This document shows positions 50,065 through 61,200 of a DNA stretch of 64,000 bases, one piece after another. The stretch lies in contig JBBQFN010000003.1 in the NCBI GenBank assembly GCA_038321985.1, forward strand, positions 96,001-160,000, in the 5' to 3' direction. Source of the stretch: Cyanophyceae cyanobacterium (GTDB lineage: Bacteria; Cyanobacteriota; Cyanobacteriia; Cyanobacteriales; Laspinemataceae). The first letter of the stretch is position 1. The number at the start of each line of letters is the position of its first letter. The notes under the pieces are model-generated. The model was not told where the DNA came from. It saw nothing but the letters and a program-made list of their open reading frames with translations, and did no database searches. The translations under genes were made by a program, and so were the position numbers.

Positions 50065-53000
50065 ATGGAATCTAACTTTTTTCCCCCTTCTTTAACTCCC
50101 TCTGCTGAAGCTGTCAATCTCTCTCTGGAGACAGATGTATTTGTCTTTCCCACCTCTTTTGCTCAACAGCGATTGTGGTTGATTGACCAGTTGGCACCGT
50201 CCCAGTCGTTTTATAATGTCACCACGGCATTGCGGTTAACGGGATGGGTGAATTTAACCGCTTTAACTGATACTTTTACCGCCATTGCCAACCGTCATGA
50301 AGCGTTAAGAACCCGGTTTGCGGCAGTGGATGGGGAACCGATTCAGGTGATTGCACCGGAGGCGGAAATTCCTCTCAATTGGGTGGATTTAAGGGTGTTT
50401 CCTCCCGGGGAACGGGAAGCGGAAGCGCAACGATTGGCGGGGTTAGAAGCGGAACGGGAGTTTAATTTATCCACAGGTCCTTTAATGGGGGTGACCCTGT
50501 TGCAGTTAGGGGAGTTGGAGTGGATTTTACTGCTGAATCTGCACCACATTATTTCTGATGATTGGTCGATGGGGGTATTGATTCGAGAATGGGGAGAAAT
50601 TTATGGGGCATTGGTGGAAAATCGCCGGATTAATTTGCCAGAATTACCCTTGCAATATGCAGATTTTGCGGAATGGCAACGGGAGTGGTTTCAAGGAAAG
50701 GTTTTAGAGCAGCAGTTAGGCTATTGGCGGCAGCAATTACGGGGGATTGTTCCCATGAATTTAGCGGGAGATTTCCCCCCGTCTCCCCGACCTAGCTATC
50801 AGGGAGGTAGTCAACAAATTGAGCTATCTCCCGCTTTAACCCAGGGGTTAAAACGGTTATCCCAGGATGCGGGGGTGACTTTATTTATGACCCTGTTGGC
50901 GGGGTTTCAACTGCTGTTATCTCGCTACAGTCACCAGGCTGAGATTACCGTAGGTTCCCCGATCGCCAATCGAAATCGCAGTGAAATTGAGGGGTTGATT
51001 GGATTTTTTGTGAATAGTCTGGTGTTGCGGACCGATGTCTCCGGAAATCCCACGGTTCGGGAGTTATTGGCACGGGTGCGAGAGGTGACTTTAGGCGCTT
51101 ATGCTCACCAAGATTTACCCTTTGAAAAGTTGGTAGAGGCGTTACATCCGGACCGAGTTTTGAATGTTCATCCCCTGTTTCAGGTGGTGTTTAATTTACA
51201 AAATGCCCCGATGCAAGGGTTGGAATTGCCGGGGTTAACCGTGAGTTCCATGAGTTTAGGGGTGAAGACAACTCGCTTTGATTTGGAGGTGCATTTGTGG
51301 GAAGCATCAGACAGTTTTAGAAGTGTTTATGGTCAGGATTGGCAGCATCAGGATAGTCTTCGTGGGTTGGTGATTTACAATACAGATATATTTGAATCAG
51401 GGACGATCGCGCATATGTTAGAGCAGTTTAAAACCTTGTTAAAAAATATCCTTAAAAATCCTGATCAGCGGGTTGAACAGTTAGAATTAATCAGCGATGG
51501 GGAACGGGACCAAATTTTAATAGAATGGAATCAAACCCAAGCGGATTATCCAGTAGAAACAGCGATTCATGAGCTGTTTGAAGCACAGGTGGAGGCAAAT
51601 CCCCAGGCAGTGGCAGTGACAATGGAAGGGGAATCTTTAACTTACCAGGAACTGAACCAGCGTAGCAATCAATTGGCCCATTATTTACAACAATTGGGAG
51701 TGGGGGAGGAGGAGTTGGTAGGACTTTGTGCGGCTCGATCGCTAGATACAATTGTGGGAATGTTAGGGATTTTAAAGGCAGGGGGTGCTTATTTACCGTT
51801 AGACCCTACTTATCCCGGCGATCGCCTGAATTGGATGATGACAGATGCGGGAGTTCGCCTGTTGCTAGTTCCCGACGACTTACGCGATCGGTTTAACGGG
51901 TTTGGGGGGGTGATGGTAGGAGGCGATCGGGACTGGGAGGCAGTCACCCGGGAACCTGTGGAGAATCTCCCTCACTCCCCCGGTGGCAGTCGCCTTGCTT
52001 ATGTGATTTATACCTCCGGTTCGACAGGAATACCGAAAGGGGTAGCGGTTCCTCACAAGGCAGTGAATCGACTGGTTTTGAATACCAACTATATCAATAT
52101 TACCCCCACAGATACCCTTGCTCAAGTTTCTAATCTCTCCTTTGATGCCGCAACCTTTGAGATTTGGGGTGCTTTGCTCAAGGGCGCTCACTTGAGGGGA
52201 ATTAGTACAGAAATCACCCTTTCTCCTCACGATTTTGTCCGAGAATTGCGCCAGCAAAAGATTGATATTTTGTTTTTAACCACCGCCTTATTTCAGCAGG
52301 TTGTGCGGACTGTTCCCCAGGCATTTCAGTCTTTGCGGTGCTTGCTATTTGGGGGAGAAACCGTCGATCCCCGCTGGGTAAAAAAAGTCCTAAACCAGGG
52401 AATGCCGCAGCAGTTCATCCATGTTTACGGTCCCACAGAAAATACCACTTTTTCGACTTATTACCGAATAGAAGAGATGCCGGAACAGGCGAGTTCCGTC
52501 CCCATTGGCAAGGCAATAGCGAATACAGAACTTTATTTATTAGACCCGCACTTGCAACCTGTCGCCGTCGGTATTCCCGGAGAATTATACCTGGGTGGGG
52601 AGGGACTGGCAAGGGGTTATCTGAATCGTCCGGAATTAACCGAAGAACGCTTTATTCCTAATCCCTTTGGGAAACCGGGAACGCGACTTTATAAAACTGG
52701 GGATTTAGCCCGATATAAATCCAATGGGAATCTGGAGTTTTTAGGCCGAATTGACCATCAAGTGAAGATTCGGGGGTTCCGGATTGAATTAGGAGAAATT
52801 GAGGCGGTGGTGTGTCAATATTCTGGGGTTGCGGCTGCCGTGGCGATCGCCCGGGAAGAGATACCCGGAGATAAAGAATTGATTGCTTATGTTGTTCCCC
52901 ATAAACTAGATGGGAAATCTCCCCCGCTTAAAATTAGTGAATTGCGGCGCTTTTTGTCTGACAAATTACCCAGTTATATGGTACCCACCGCTTATGCCAT

Positions 53001-53391
53001 CCTGGAATCGTTACCTTTGACACCGAATGGAAAAATCAATCGCCAAGTCTTACCGGAGATAGATACATCTATCCATGAGCTACCGGACAATTATGTAGGC
53101 CCTCGAACTTCGGTGGAAGGGGTGCTGGTGGACATTTGGAGGCAAGTATTGGGAAAACAGCAAGTGAGTATTTATGATAATTTCTTTGAGTTAGGGGGAC
53201 ATTCTCTCCTAGCAACTCAGCTCATTTCACGAATTCGTGATGGGTTTAAAATTGAATTGCCCGTGAGTCAGTTATTTGAAGCGCCGACGGTGGCGAGTTT
53301 AGCCAATTATATTGAAACCGTTTGTTGGGCAGCAAAACAGCCAGAATTATCCAACCTAAATCGGGATACTAGAGAAGAGGTAGAATTTTGA
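50065..53391 (+). CDS. NRPS module C-A-T; A-domain code DAFFLGVTFK (Ile-like)
   Basis: SFAQQRLW, HHIISDD, YTSGSTG.PKG, YGPTE, LGGHSL; ends in a short docking tail REEVEF; code read by eye against GrsA. Confidence 0.92.
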   Translation: MESNFFPPSLTPSAEAVNLSLETDVFVFPTSFAQQRLWLIDQLAPSQSFYNVTTALRLTGWVNLTALTDTFTAIANRHEALRTRFAAVDGEPIQVIAPEAEIPLNWVDLRVFPPGEREAEAQRLAGLEAEREFNLSTGPLMGVTLLQLGELEWILLLNLHHIISDDWSMGVLIREWGEIYGALVENRRINLPELPLQYADFAEWQREWFQGKVLEQQLGYWRQQLRGIVPMNLAGDFPPSPRPSYQGGSQQIELSPALTQGLKRLSQDAGVTLFMTLLAGFQLLLSRYSHQAEITVGSPIANRNRSEIEGLIGFFVNSLVLRTDVSGNPTVRELLARVREVTLGAYAHQDLPFEKLVEALHPDRVLNVHPLFQVVFNLQNAPMQGLELPGLTVSSMSLGVKTTRFDLEVHLWEASDSFRSVYGQDWQHQDSLRGLVIYNTDIFESGTIAHMLEQFKTLLKNILKNPDQRVEQLELISDGERDQILIEWNQTQADYPVETAIHELFEAQVEANPQAVAVTMEGESLTYQELNQRSNQLAHYLQQLGVGEEELVGLCAARSLDTIVGMLGILKAGGAYLPLDPTYPGDRLNWMMTDAGVRLLLVPDDLRDRFNGFGGVMVGGDRDWEAVTREPVENLPHSPGGSRLAYVIYTSGSTGIPKGVAVPHKAVNRLVLNTNYINITPTDTLAQVSNLSFDAATFEIWGALLKGAHLRGISTEITLSPHDFVRELRQQKIDILFLTTALFQQVVRTVPQAFQSLRCLLFGGETVDPRWVKKVLNQGMPQQFIHVYGPTENTTFSTYYRIEEMPEQASSVPIGKAIANTELYLLDPHLQPVAVGIPGELYLGGEGLARGYLNRPELTEERFIPNPFGKPGTRLYKTGDLARYKSNGNLEFLGRIDHQVKIRGFRIELGEIEAVVCQYSGVAAAVAIAREEIPGDKELIAYVVPHKLDGKSPPLKISELRRFLSDKLPSYMVPTAYAILESLPLTPNGKINRQVLPEIDTSIHELPDNYVGPRTSVEGVLVDIWRQVLGKQQVSIYDNFFELGGHSLLATQLISRIRDGFKIELPVSQLFEAPTVASLANYIETVCWAAKQPELSNLNRDTREEVEF

Positions 53392-56300
53392 ATACCCTTA
53401 AATTTTTATCAGAATTGCGCGAGTTAGATATTCATTTAACGGTAGAGGGCAGTCGTCTGATTTGCAAGGCCCCCGAAGGACGGTTGACTCCCGAATTACG
53501 GGATAAAATTTCTGATCATAAAGTCGATATTTTGGCCTTTTTTCAAGCAGCTAACCGGAGTGTTACGGAGACTCCTTTTATCCTCCAGCCGATTTCCCGA
53601 GAAGAAAATTTACCCCTTTCTTTTGCCCAACAAAGACTCTGGTTTTTAGATCAATTAGTGCCGAATAACCCCTTTTATAATATGCCGGCGGCAGTCCGTT
53701 TAGGGGGGAAGGTTAATTTAGAGGTCCTAGAAGCAGCTTTTAATGAAATCATGCGGCGTCATGAAGGGTTAAGAACTATTTTCCCCGAAGGGAATGGAGA
53801 AGGGATTCAAAAAATTAATCCTCACGTTACCCTTCCCCTTCATGTCCTAAACTTACAGAATTTATCCGCAGCGGAACGAGAGAAACAAGTAGAACGAATT
53901 ATCACTCATGAGGCGTTACGTCCGTTTAATTTATCCACGGGTCCTTTACTGCGGATTTCTTTAATTCAATTAGCAGAAATGGACTATTTGCTGATGCTGA
54001 ATATGCATCATATTATTTCCGATGGTTGGTCAATTGGGGTACTAATTCAGGAGTTGGGAATACTCTATGGGGCTTTTATCCAAGGGCAACCCTCACCGCT
54101 TCCAGAATTGGGGATTCAATATGCAGATTTTGCTCACTGGCAGCGCCAATGGTTGCAAGGGGAAATTTTAGAGCATCAGCTTGCCTATTGGCGGCAACAA
54201 TTAGAGGGGATTTCTATGCTGAATTTACCCAGCGATCGCCCTCGTGCTGCGGTTCAGAGTTATCGTGGAAAACGGCATGGGTTGCAGCTTTCCAAGGCAG
54301 TGAGTGAAGAATTAACCGCCTTGAGTCAGGGGGAAGGAGTCACTTTATTTATGACCTTGTTGGCGGCATTTCAAACCTTGTTGTACCGCTACACCCAACA
54401 AGAAGATATTGTTGTTGGTTCGCCCATTGCCAATCGCAATCGTAGTGAAATTGAACCCTTAATTGGATTTTTTGTCAATAGTTTAGTTTTACGCACCAAC
54501 TTATCCGGAAACCCTACATTTCGAGAAGTATTGGCCCGGGTTAAACAAGTGGCATTGGGGGCTTATGCACATCAAGATGTTCCTTTTGAGAAGTTAGTAG
54601 AAGAATTGCACCCCGAACGGTCATTAAATCACAATCCCCTGTTTCAAGTGGCGTTTGCGTTGCAAAATGCTCCAATGCAGGGGTTGGAATTACCAGGATT
54701 AAGTTTGAGCCCCCAACACTTAGAAGCGGGAACGGCGCGGTTTGATTTAGAGTTGCATTTATGGGAAAAATCCCCGGGTAACCCGATGTGGGTGGATAGT
54801 CGGGAAGGGATTAGCGGATTTGTGATTTATAGTACAGACTTATTTGATGAAGGGACGATTATCCGTTTAGTCGGTCATTTTCAAACCTTACTAGAAGGGA
54901 TTGTTACCAACCCCGATCAACGAATTGCAGATTTACCAATTTTAAGCGAAGCCGAACGGCAGCAATTGTTAGGGGAATGGAATCAAACTCAGGTAAAATA
55001 TCCCCAAAAATTACTACCGCATCAATTAGTAGAAATTCAGGCAGCACAAAATCCTGAAAGTATCGCTTTAGTTTCGGGTAATACCACCCTGACTTATGAG
55101 GAGTTAAATCATCGCAGTAACCAACTCGCTCATTACTTAAAAAAATTAGGAGTGGGTCCGGAAATTGTGGTGGGATTGTGCATCGATCGCACCTTGGAGA
55201 TGGCAGTTGCAATGCTGGGAATTTTCAAAGCCGGCGGCGCTTATCTACCCCTAGATCCAACGGTTCCTAGTAGTCGATTAAAGGGGATGTTAACCGATGC
55301 CAAAGTGGCCGTTTTACTCACCCAAGAGTCTGAATTGAGACGATTTAACTCCGGCGAATGTCCAGTGATTTGCCTAGATAAAGACAGGGACCGAATTAGC
55401 CAAGAAAGCCGGGAAAATTGCAGCAGTCAAATCACTTCAAATAGCCTCGCTTACGTTATCTATACCTCCGGTTCTACCGGCTATCCTAAAGGGGTAGAAA
55501 TTGAGCAAAAAAGTCTGTTAAATCTAATTTATTGGCATCACAAAACCTTTGCCGTTTCCTCCAGCGATCGCAGTACCCAGGTGGCGGGAGTTGCCTTTGA
55601 TGCCTGTGTATGGGAAATTTGGCCTTATTTAACCACAGGCGCTTGTATTTATATCGTGGATACCGAAACCCGGCGATCACCCGAAAAATTGCGGGATTGG
55701 TTAGTTGAAAAAGACATAACTCTTAGCTTTTTACCCACTCCATTAGCTGAGAAAGTATTACAATTAAACTGGCCGGAACATACCCCCTTGCGATACTTAC
55801 TCACTGGGGGAGAAACATTGCATCAGCATCCGTTACCCTCTCATCCCTTTCAGGTCGTGAATAATTACGGGCCCACAGAGAATACCGTAGTCACCACTTC
55901 CGGTATCATTCCGGTGGGAGAGGGAAGGCAGCTTGCGCCTGGAATTGGCAAAGCAGTCGCCAATACCCAACTCTATGTATGCGATCGGCACTTTCACCCC
56001 GTACCGATTGGCATTCCTGGCGAGTTATATATTGGCGGGGAGGGACTGGCGAGAGGGTATCGCAACCATCCCGAACTCACTGCCGAAAGATTTATACTTA
56101 ATCCCTTCCAGCCCGAATCAGGAGATTTACTCTACAAAACCGGCGATTTAGTGCGCTATCAACCCGATGGCAGTCTAGAGTTTTTGGGCCGTCTAGACGA
56201 ACAAGTAAAGATTCGCGGGTTCCGCCTCGAATTAGGAGAAATCGAGGCTATTTTAGCCCAACATCCCGGCGTAAATCAAACCGTTGTCACTGCCTCGGAA

Positions 56301-58106
56301 AATGACCGGGGAGAAACCCAATTAACCGCTTACATCGCACTTAAATTAGAAAATCCAGCAGCAGTTGAAACCCTGAGCCCCATCGCCTTGCAGGAAGAAC
56401 AAATCCGGCAATGGCAAATCCTCTATAATGAAACCTACAAACTGCCCGCCGTCGGTGTCGAACCCACTTTTAATATTGTAGGATGGAATAGCAGCTATAC
56501 CGGAGAACCAATACCCGTAACAGAAATGCGGGAATGGGTAGACAATCAAGCGGCCCAAATTTTAGCCCTCCAACCGAATCAAGTCTTAGAAATTGGCTGT
56601 GGGACTGGATTATTACTATTTAGAATTGCCCCCCACTGTACCGACTATTGCGGGACAGACTTTTCCCCCCCCTCCCTGAATTTTATTCGGAAGCATTTGG
56701 GGAATAGCAACTTAAAACAGGTGACATTACTGGAGAAGCTGGCGACAGATTTTGAGGGACTCGCACCCCAGAGTTTCGATATCGTGATTCTCAACTCAAT
56801 CGTGCAGTATTTCCCCAGTTTGGAGTATTTAATTCAGGTAATTGCGGGCGCAGTCACCGTCACCCAACCTGGGGGACGAATCTTCATCGGTGACTTGCGG
56901 AGTTTACCTCTCCTCAAAGCCTTTTATACTGATGTGGAACTGACTCGCGCCCAACCTTCGGTAACTCGTCAGCAGTTACAGCAACGGGTGGAAATGCAAC
57001 TCTTCCAAGAAGTAGAATTAGCCTTAGATCCCGCATTTTTTCCAGCTTTAAAATCGCGTATTCCTGAGATTGAGAAAGTCGAAATTCAACTGATGCGCGG
57101 TCAATTCAAAAATGAATTAACTCAATTTCGATATAATGCCATTCTCCATCTAGCCGAAGCCAAGATCAAGCCAAATTTAAACAAAACTCAGACTATCACC
57201 TGGCTAAATCAGGCGGGAAATAGTGACGATTGGACAGTTGCCAAACTCCGGCAGCATTTACTTGAAATTAAACCCGATATCTGTGGACTCTCTCTTATCC
57301 CCAATAGCCGCGTAATAGCCGCAGTTCAAGCCACAGAATGGCTGTTTAATTCAGGGAAGTTCAAAACGGCTGGTCAGTTAAAAAAGGCAGTTGAACCCCT
57401 GCAAAAATCAGGCATTAATCCAGAAGACTGGTATGGATTAGAACTTCCTTATCGCGTTCACATTCGCTGGTCCAATTCCACCCCAGAAGGGCGCTATGAT
57501 GTGGTATTCGTGCGAGAAGACATTACAGATTTTATCCTAGAAGCGAGTCAAAAATATAGTTCAGACTCCGCTTATGCTAACAATCCTTTACAAGGAAAAG
57601 CAGCGCGTCAATTCGTGCCTCAGTTGCGAGAGTATCTCACCCAAAAGTTACCGGATTATATGATACCTTCGGCATTTGTGGTGTTAGAGTCACTTCCCCT
57701 TACCCCGAATGGAAAAGTCGATCGCCACGCCTTACCCACTGCCACGGAAATCACCCCAGAATTGGCCGGGAGTTATACCCCCCCCCGTACTCCTCTAGAA
57801 GAACGCTTGGTGCAAATTTGGGCCGAAGTCTTGGGCGTAAAACAAGTGGGAATTTACGACAATTTTTTTGAATTAGGGGGACATTCATTACTTGCCACTC
57901 AACTCGCCTCCCGAGTTCGGGATGGGTTTGGGTTCGAGTTGCCCTTGAGAAGCGTATTTGAAGCGCCAACTATTGCCGAATTAGCGCCCCTGATTGAGGA
58001 GTTAAAGCAGCATAATTCCACCAGTCATGCACCTGCATTAGTTGCCGTTTCTCGGGAGAAGCGTCGTATGAAACTATCCTCATTAAACCCAGAAAGTAAA
58101 CACTAA
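53388..58106 (+). CDS. NRPS docking domain-C-A-N-methyltransferase-T; code DAWFLGNVVK (Leu-like)
   Basis: TubC-like N-terminal docking domain, HHIISDG, VLEIGCGTG and NSIVQYFP methyltransferase motifs, LGGHSL. Confidence 0.93.
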   Translation: MNTLKFLSELRELDIHLTVEGSRLICKAPEGRLTPELRDKISDHKVDILAFFQAANRSVTETPFILQPISREENLPLSFAQQRLWFLDQLVPNNPFYNMPAAVRLGGKVNLEVLEAAFNEIMRRHEGLRTIFPEGNGEGIQKINPHVTLPLHVLNLQNLSAAEREKQVERIITHEALRPFNLSTGPLLRISLIQLAEMDYLLMLNMHHIISDGWSIGVLIQELGILYGAFIQGQPSPLPELGIQYADFAHWQRQWLQGEILEHQLAYWRQQLEGISMLNLPSDRPRAAVQSYRGKRHGLQLSKAVSEELTALSQGEGVTLFMTLLAAFQTLLYRYTQQEDIVVGSPIANRNRSEIEPLIGFFVNSLVLRTNLSGNPTFREVLARVKQVALGAYAHQDVPFEKLVEELHPERSLNHNPLFQVAFALQNAPMQGLELPGLSLSPQHLEAGTARFDLELHLWEKSPGNPMWVDSREGISGFVIYSTDLFDEGTIIRLVGHFQTLLEGIVTNPDQRIADLPILSEAERQQLLGEWNQTQVKYPQKLLPHQLVEIQAAQNPESIALVSGNTTLTYEELNHRSNQLAHYLKKLGVGPEIVVGLCIDRTLEMAVAMLGIFKAGGAYLPLDPTVPSSRLKGMLTDAKVAVLLTQESELRRFNSGECPVICLDKDRDRISQESRENCSSQITSNSLAYVIYTSGSTGYPKGVEIEQKSLLNLIYWHHKTFAVSSSDRSTQVAGVAFDACVWEIWPYLTTGACIYIVDTETRRSPEKLRDWLVEKDITLSFLPTPLAEKVLQLNWPEHTPLRYLLTGGETLHQHPLPSHPFQVVNNYGPTENTVVTTSGIIPVGEGRQLAPGIGKAVANTQLYVCDRHFHPVPIGIPGELYIGGEGLARGYRNHPELTAERFILNPFQPESGDLLYKTGDLVRYQPDGSLEFLGRLDEQVKIRGFRLELGEIEAILAQHPGVNQTVVTASENDRGETQLTAYIALKLENPAAVETLSPIALQEEQIRQWQILYNETYKLPAVGVEPTFNIVGWNSSYTGEPIPVTEMREWVDNQAAQILALQPNQVLEIGCGTGLLLFRIAPHCTDYCGTDFSPPSLNFIRKHLGNSNLKQVTLLEKLATDFEGLAPQSFDIVILNSIVQYFPSLEYLIQVIAGAVTVTQPGGRIFIGDLRSLPLLKAFYTDVELTRAQPSVTRQQLQQRVEMQLFQEVELALDPAFFPALKSRIPEIEKVEIQLMRGQFKNELTQFRYNAILHLAEAKIKPNLNKTQTITWLNQAGNSDDWTVAKLRQHLLEIKPDICGLSLIPNSRVIAAVQATEWLFNSGKFKTAGQLKKAVEPLQKSGINPEDWYGLELPYRVHIRWSNSTPEGRYDVVFVREDITDFILEASQKYSSDSAYANNPLQGKAARQFVPQLREYLTQKLPDYMIPSAFVVLESLPLTPNGKVDRHALPTATEITPELAGSYTPPRTPLEERLVQIWAEVLGVKQVGIYDNFFELGGHSLLATQLASRVRDGFGFELPLRSVFEAPTIAELAPLIEELKQHNSTSHAPALVAVSREKRRMKLSSLNPESKH

Positions 58107-58212
58107 ATAGGTGGATTCCCTTAATAGCCCTAATTTCTGGCCTAGGCGGGAGTGATAGTTTTTATTCTCCTAAATTAATATCCGGATATAATTTATCTAC
58201 ACCTCCTTAATC

Positions 58213-61200
58213 ATGTCCCTTAAAGCCGAGGAAATTTTGATTAACATGAATCCAGAAACAGAGGTTTTTGTCTTTCCTGCATCCTTTGCCCAGCAACGAT
58301 TATGGTTTTTGAACCAATTAGCGCCCGATAATCCATTTTATAATGTATCGGCAGCGATTCAGTTGACGGGGACGCTCAATTTACCAGTCTTAGAACAAAG
58401 TTTTAATGAAATTGTGCGCCGTCATGAAACCTTACGCACTACTTTTACCCTACTAGAGGGACAAGTAGTACAAGTGATTTCCCCAGAGTTAACTCTCTGT
58501 GTGAATGCGATCGCCTTACATGATCTCCCTCAACCCAAACGGGACCAAGAAGCGCAACGATTGGCAACTTTAGCCACAGAAAAGCCGTTTGATTTAACCA
58601 CCGGTCCTTTACTGAGAATTGCCGTATTACAACTGAGTGAAATTAAGTCGATTCTATTGCTTAATTTCCATCATATTGTCGCCGATGGCTGGTCAATTGG
58701 CACGTTTCTAGGGGAACTGGGGACGTTATATACTGCCTTTACTAATCAGCAACCCTCCCCCCTGCCCGATCTACCGCTTCAATATGCTGACTTTACCGAA
58801 TGGCAGCATCAATGGTTACAGGGAGAATTATTAGAAACTCAATTAAACTATTGGCAACAACAATTACAGAATCTTCCTATCCTGAATCTACCTACCACTC
58901 GCCCTCGGCCCCCAATTCCCAGTTATCGAGGAGGAAAACAACAGTTTGCCCTCTCTCGGGCTTTAACAGCATCGATTAAACGGTTGAGTCAGCAAGCCGA
59001 AACTACTCTATTTATGACCCTGTTGGCTGCATTTAATATTTTACTTTATCGCTACACAGGGCAAACAGATATTGCGGTGGGTTCGCCTATTGCCAACCGC
59101 AATCGCCAGGAAATAGAAGGTTTAATTGGGTTTTTTGTCAATAGTTTGGTACTCCGAACAGATTTATCGGAAAATCCTACTTTTGAGGAGTTATTGAGTC
59201 AAGTAAAATCCGTTGCAGTTGCTGCTTATGCTAACCAAGATGTACCCTTTGAAAAGTTGGTAGAGTTACTGCATCCCGAACGAGATCTGAGCCAAAACCC
59301 TCTGTTTCAAGTCAGTTTTAGTTTACAAAATACTCCAACGGCTGCCCTAGAGTTACCGGGAATCACTTTAAGTCTGTTAGATTGGGATATCGCCACGGCT
59401 AAATTGGATTTAGAGTTTAATTTATGGGAAGAATTCGACCAAATTCAAGGTCAAGTAATTTATAGCACTGATTTATTTGAAGAGAGGACGATTACCCGGT
59501 GGATGGGGCATTTTCAAACGCTTCTAGCTGAAATTGTAACTGAACCCAATCAGCGGATTTCAGACTTGCCAATTTTAAGCGCAGCAGAACGCGACTGCCT
59601 CCTGATTGAGTTTAATTCTCCTCCCCTTCAGTCCCTGCACCAAAACCTACCCCAGTCTCACTCTTTCCTACATTTATTCGAGGAAAATGTCCGCCGATCG
59701 CCCGATAGTATTGCCCTGGTTTTTGCTGAACAATCTCTTACTTATCGGCAATTGCATCAACAATCTAATCAACTTGCCCGATATTTACAACAAGTTGGCG
59801 TTAAACCCGAGGTTCTAGTGGGTCTTTGTTTGCCTCCCTCTATAGAGGCAGTCACCTGTATTTTAGGCATTCTCAAAGCGGGGGGAGTCTATCTATATTG
59901 TGACCCCAATTATCCCCCAGAACGGCTAAATTTTATCTTAACAGATGCCGAAGTCTCTCTCGTACTGACGCGATCGCCCTTTGTCCCCCCACTTACTCCC
60001 AAACAAGTTTCCATCCTAGATTTGGACCAAAATCAAACCGCGATCGCCTACCAGAGTCCTGAAAATCTGATCTATCCCATCACTCCGAATAGTCTGGTTT
60101 ATGTTATTTACACCTCGGGTTCTACGGGAAAACCCAAAGGGGTTTTAATCGAACACCGAGGATTATATAACTTAATAATTGCCCAACATCAAATTTTTAA
60201 TATTCCTAAAAATAGCAGAGTTTTGCAATTTGCCTCCTTCAGTTTTGATGCCTCAATTTTTGAAATAGTCATGGCATTGAGTACCGGCACAACCCTCTAT
60301 TTAGCCGACGCAGAATCCCGCTATGGGGGAACCGCTTTAATGAAACTTTTAAGCGACTCTGCCATTACTCATGCTGCCCTCACTCCCACCGTGTTAGCAA
60401 CCTTACCCCCGCTGGAATTGCCGGCCCTCCATACCCTCATTTCTGCCGGGGAACCCTGTTCCGCAGCATTGGCTAAACGGTGGGTGGGTCAGTGCTACTT
60501 TTTTAATGCTTATGGACCCACTGAAGTCACCGTTTGGGCAACCTTTGCCCAAATTACTGATACCACCCAAAACCCGCCCATTGGTCGCCCCATTCCTAAT
60601 ACTCAAGTTTATCTATTAGATGCCAATTTACAGCCGGTTCCGATTGGTATCCCCGGGGAACTTTGTATCGGGGGGGAGGGAGTAGCAAGAGGCTATCTCA
60701 ACCGCCAAGAATTAACCCATCAGCGGTTTATTTCTCATTCATTTAGCCCTCAACAAAGACCAATTTTGTATAAAACTGGGGATTTAGCGCGCTACCAACC
60801 CAATGGCAATTTGGAGTTTTTAGGCCGCATTGACCATCAGGTAAAAATTCACGGTTATCGGATAGAATTAGGGGAAATTGAAGCGGTAATTCCTCAGTAT
60901 TCGGGAGTCAAAGAAGCCCGCGTAGTTGCCTTAGATGAGGGAGAAACTCGCCAGCTTGTAGCTTATATTCTGCCTCAAAGAAATCAAGAGATTAACTTAA
61001 GCGAACTCCGCAGTTTTCTAAAAAAAATGTTGCCGGAGTACATGATTCCCCAGGCATTTATTGTGCTAGACTCCCTGCCTCTGACCGATCGCGGAAAAAT
61101 CGACCGTGATCGTCTACCCAGTCCAGAAACCCCGACCCATCGCCGGTTTATTGCCCCTCGTAATCCCAGCGAAGCCGCCTTAGCTCAAATTTGGGCAACC

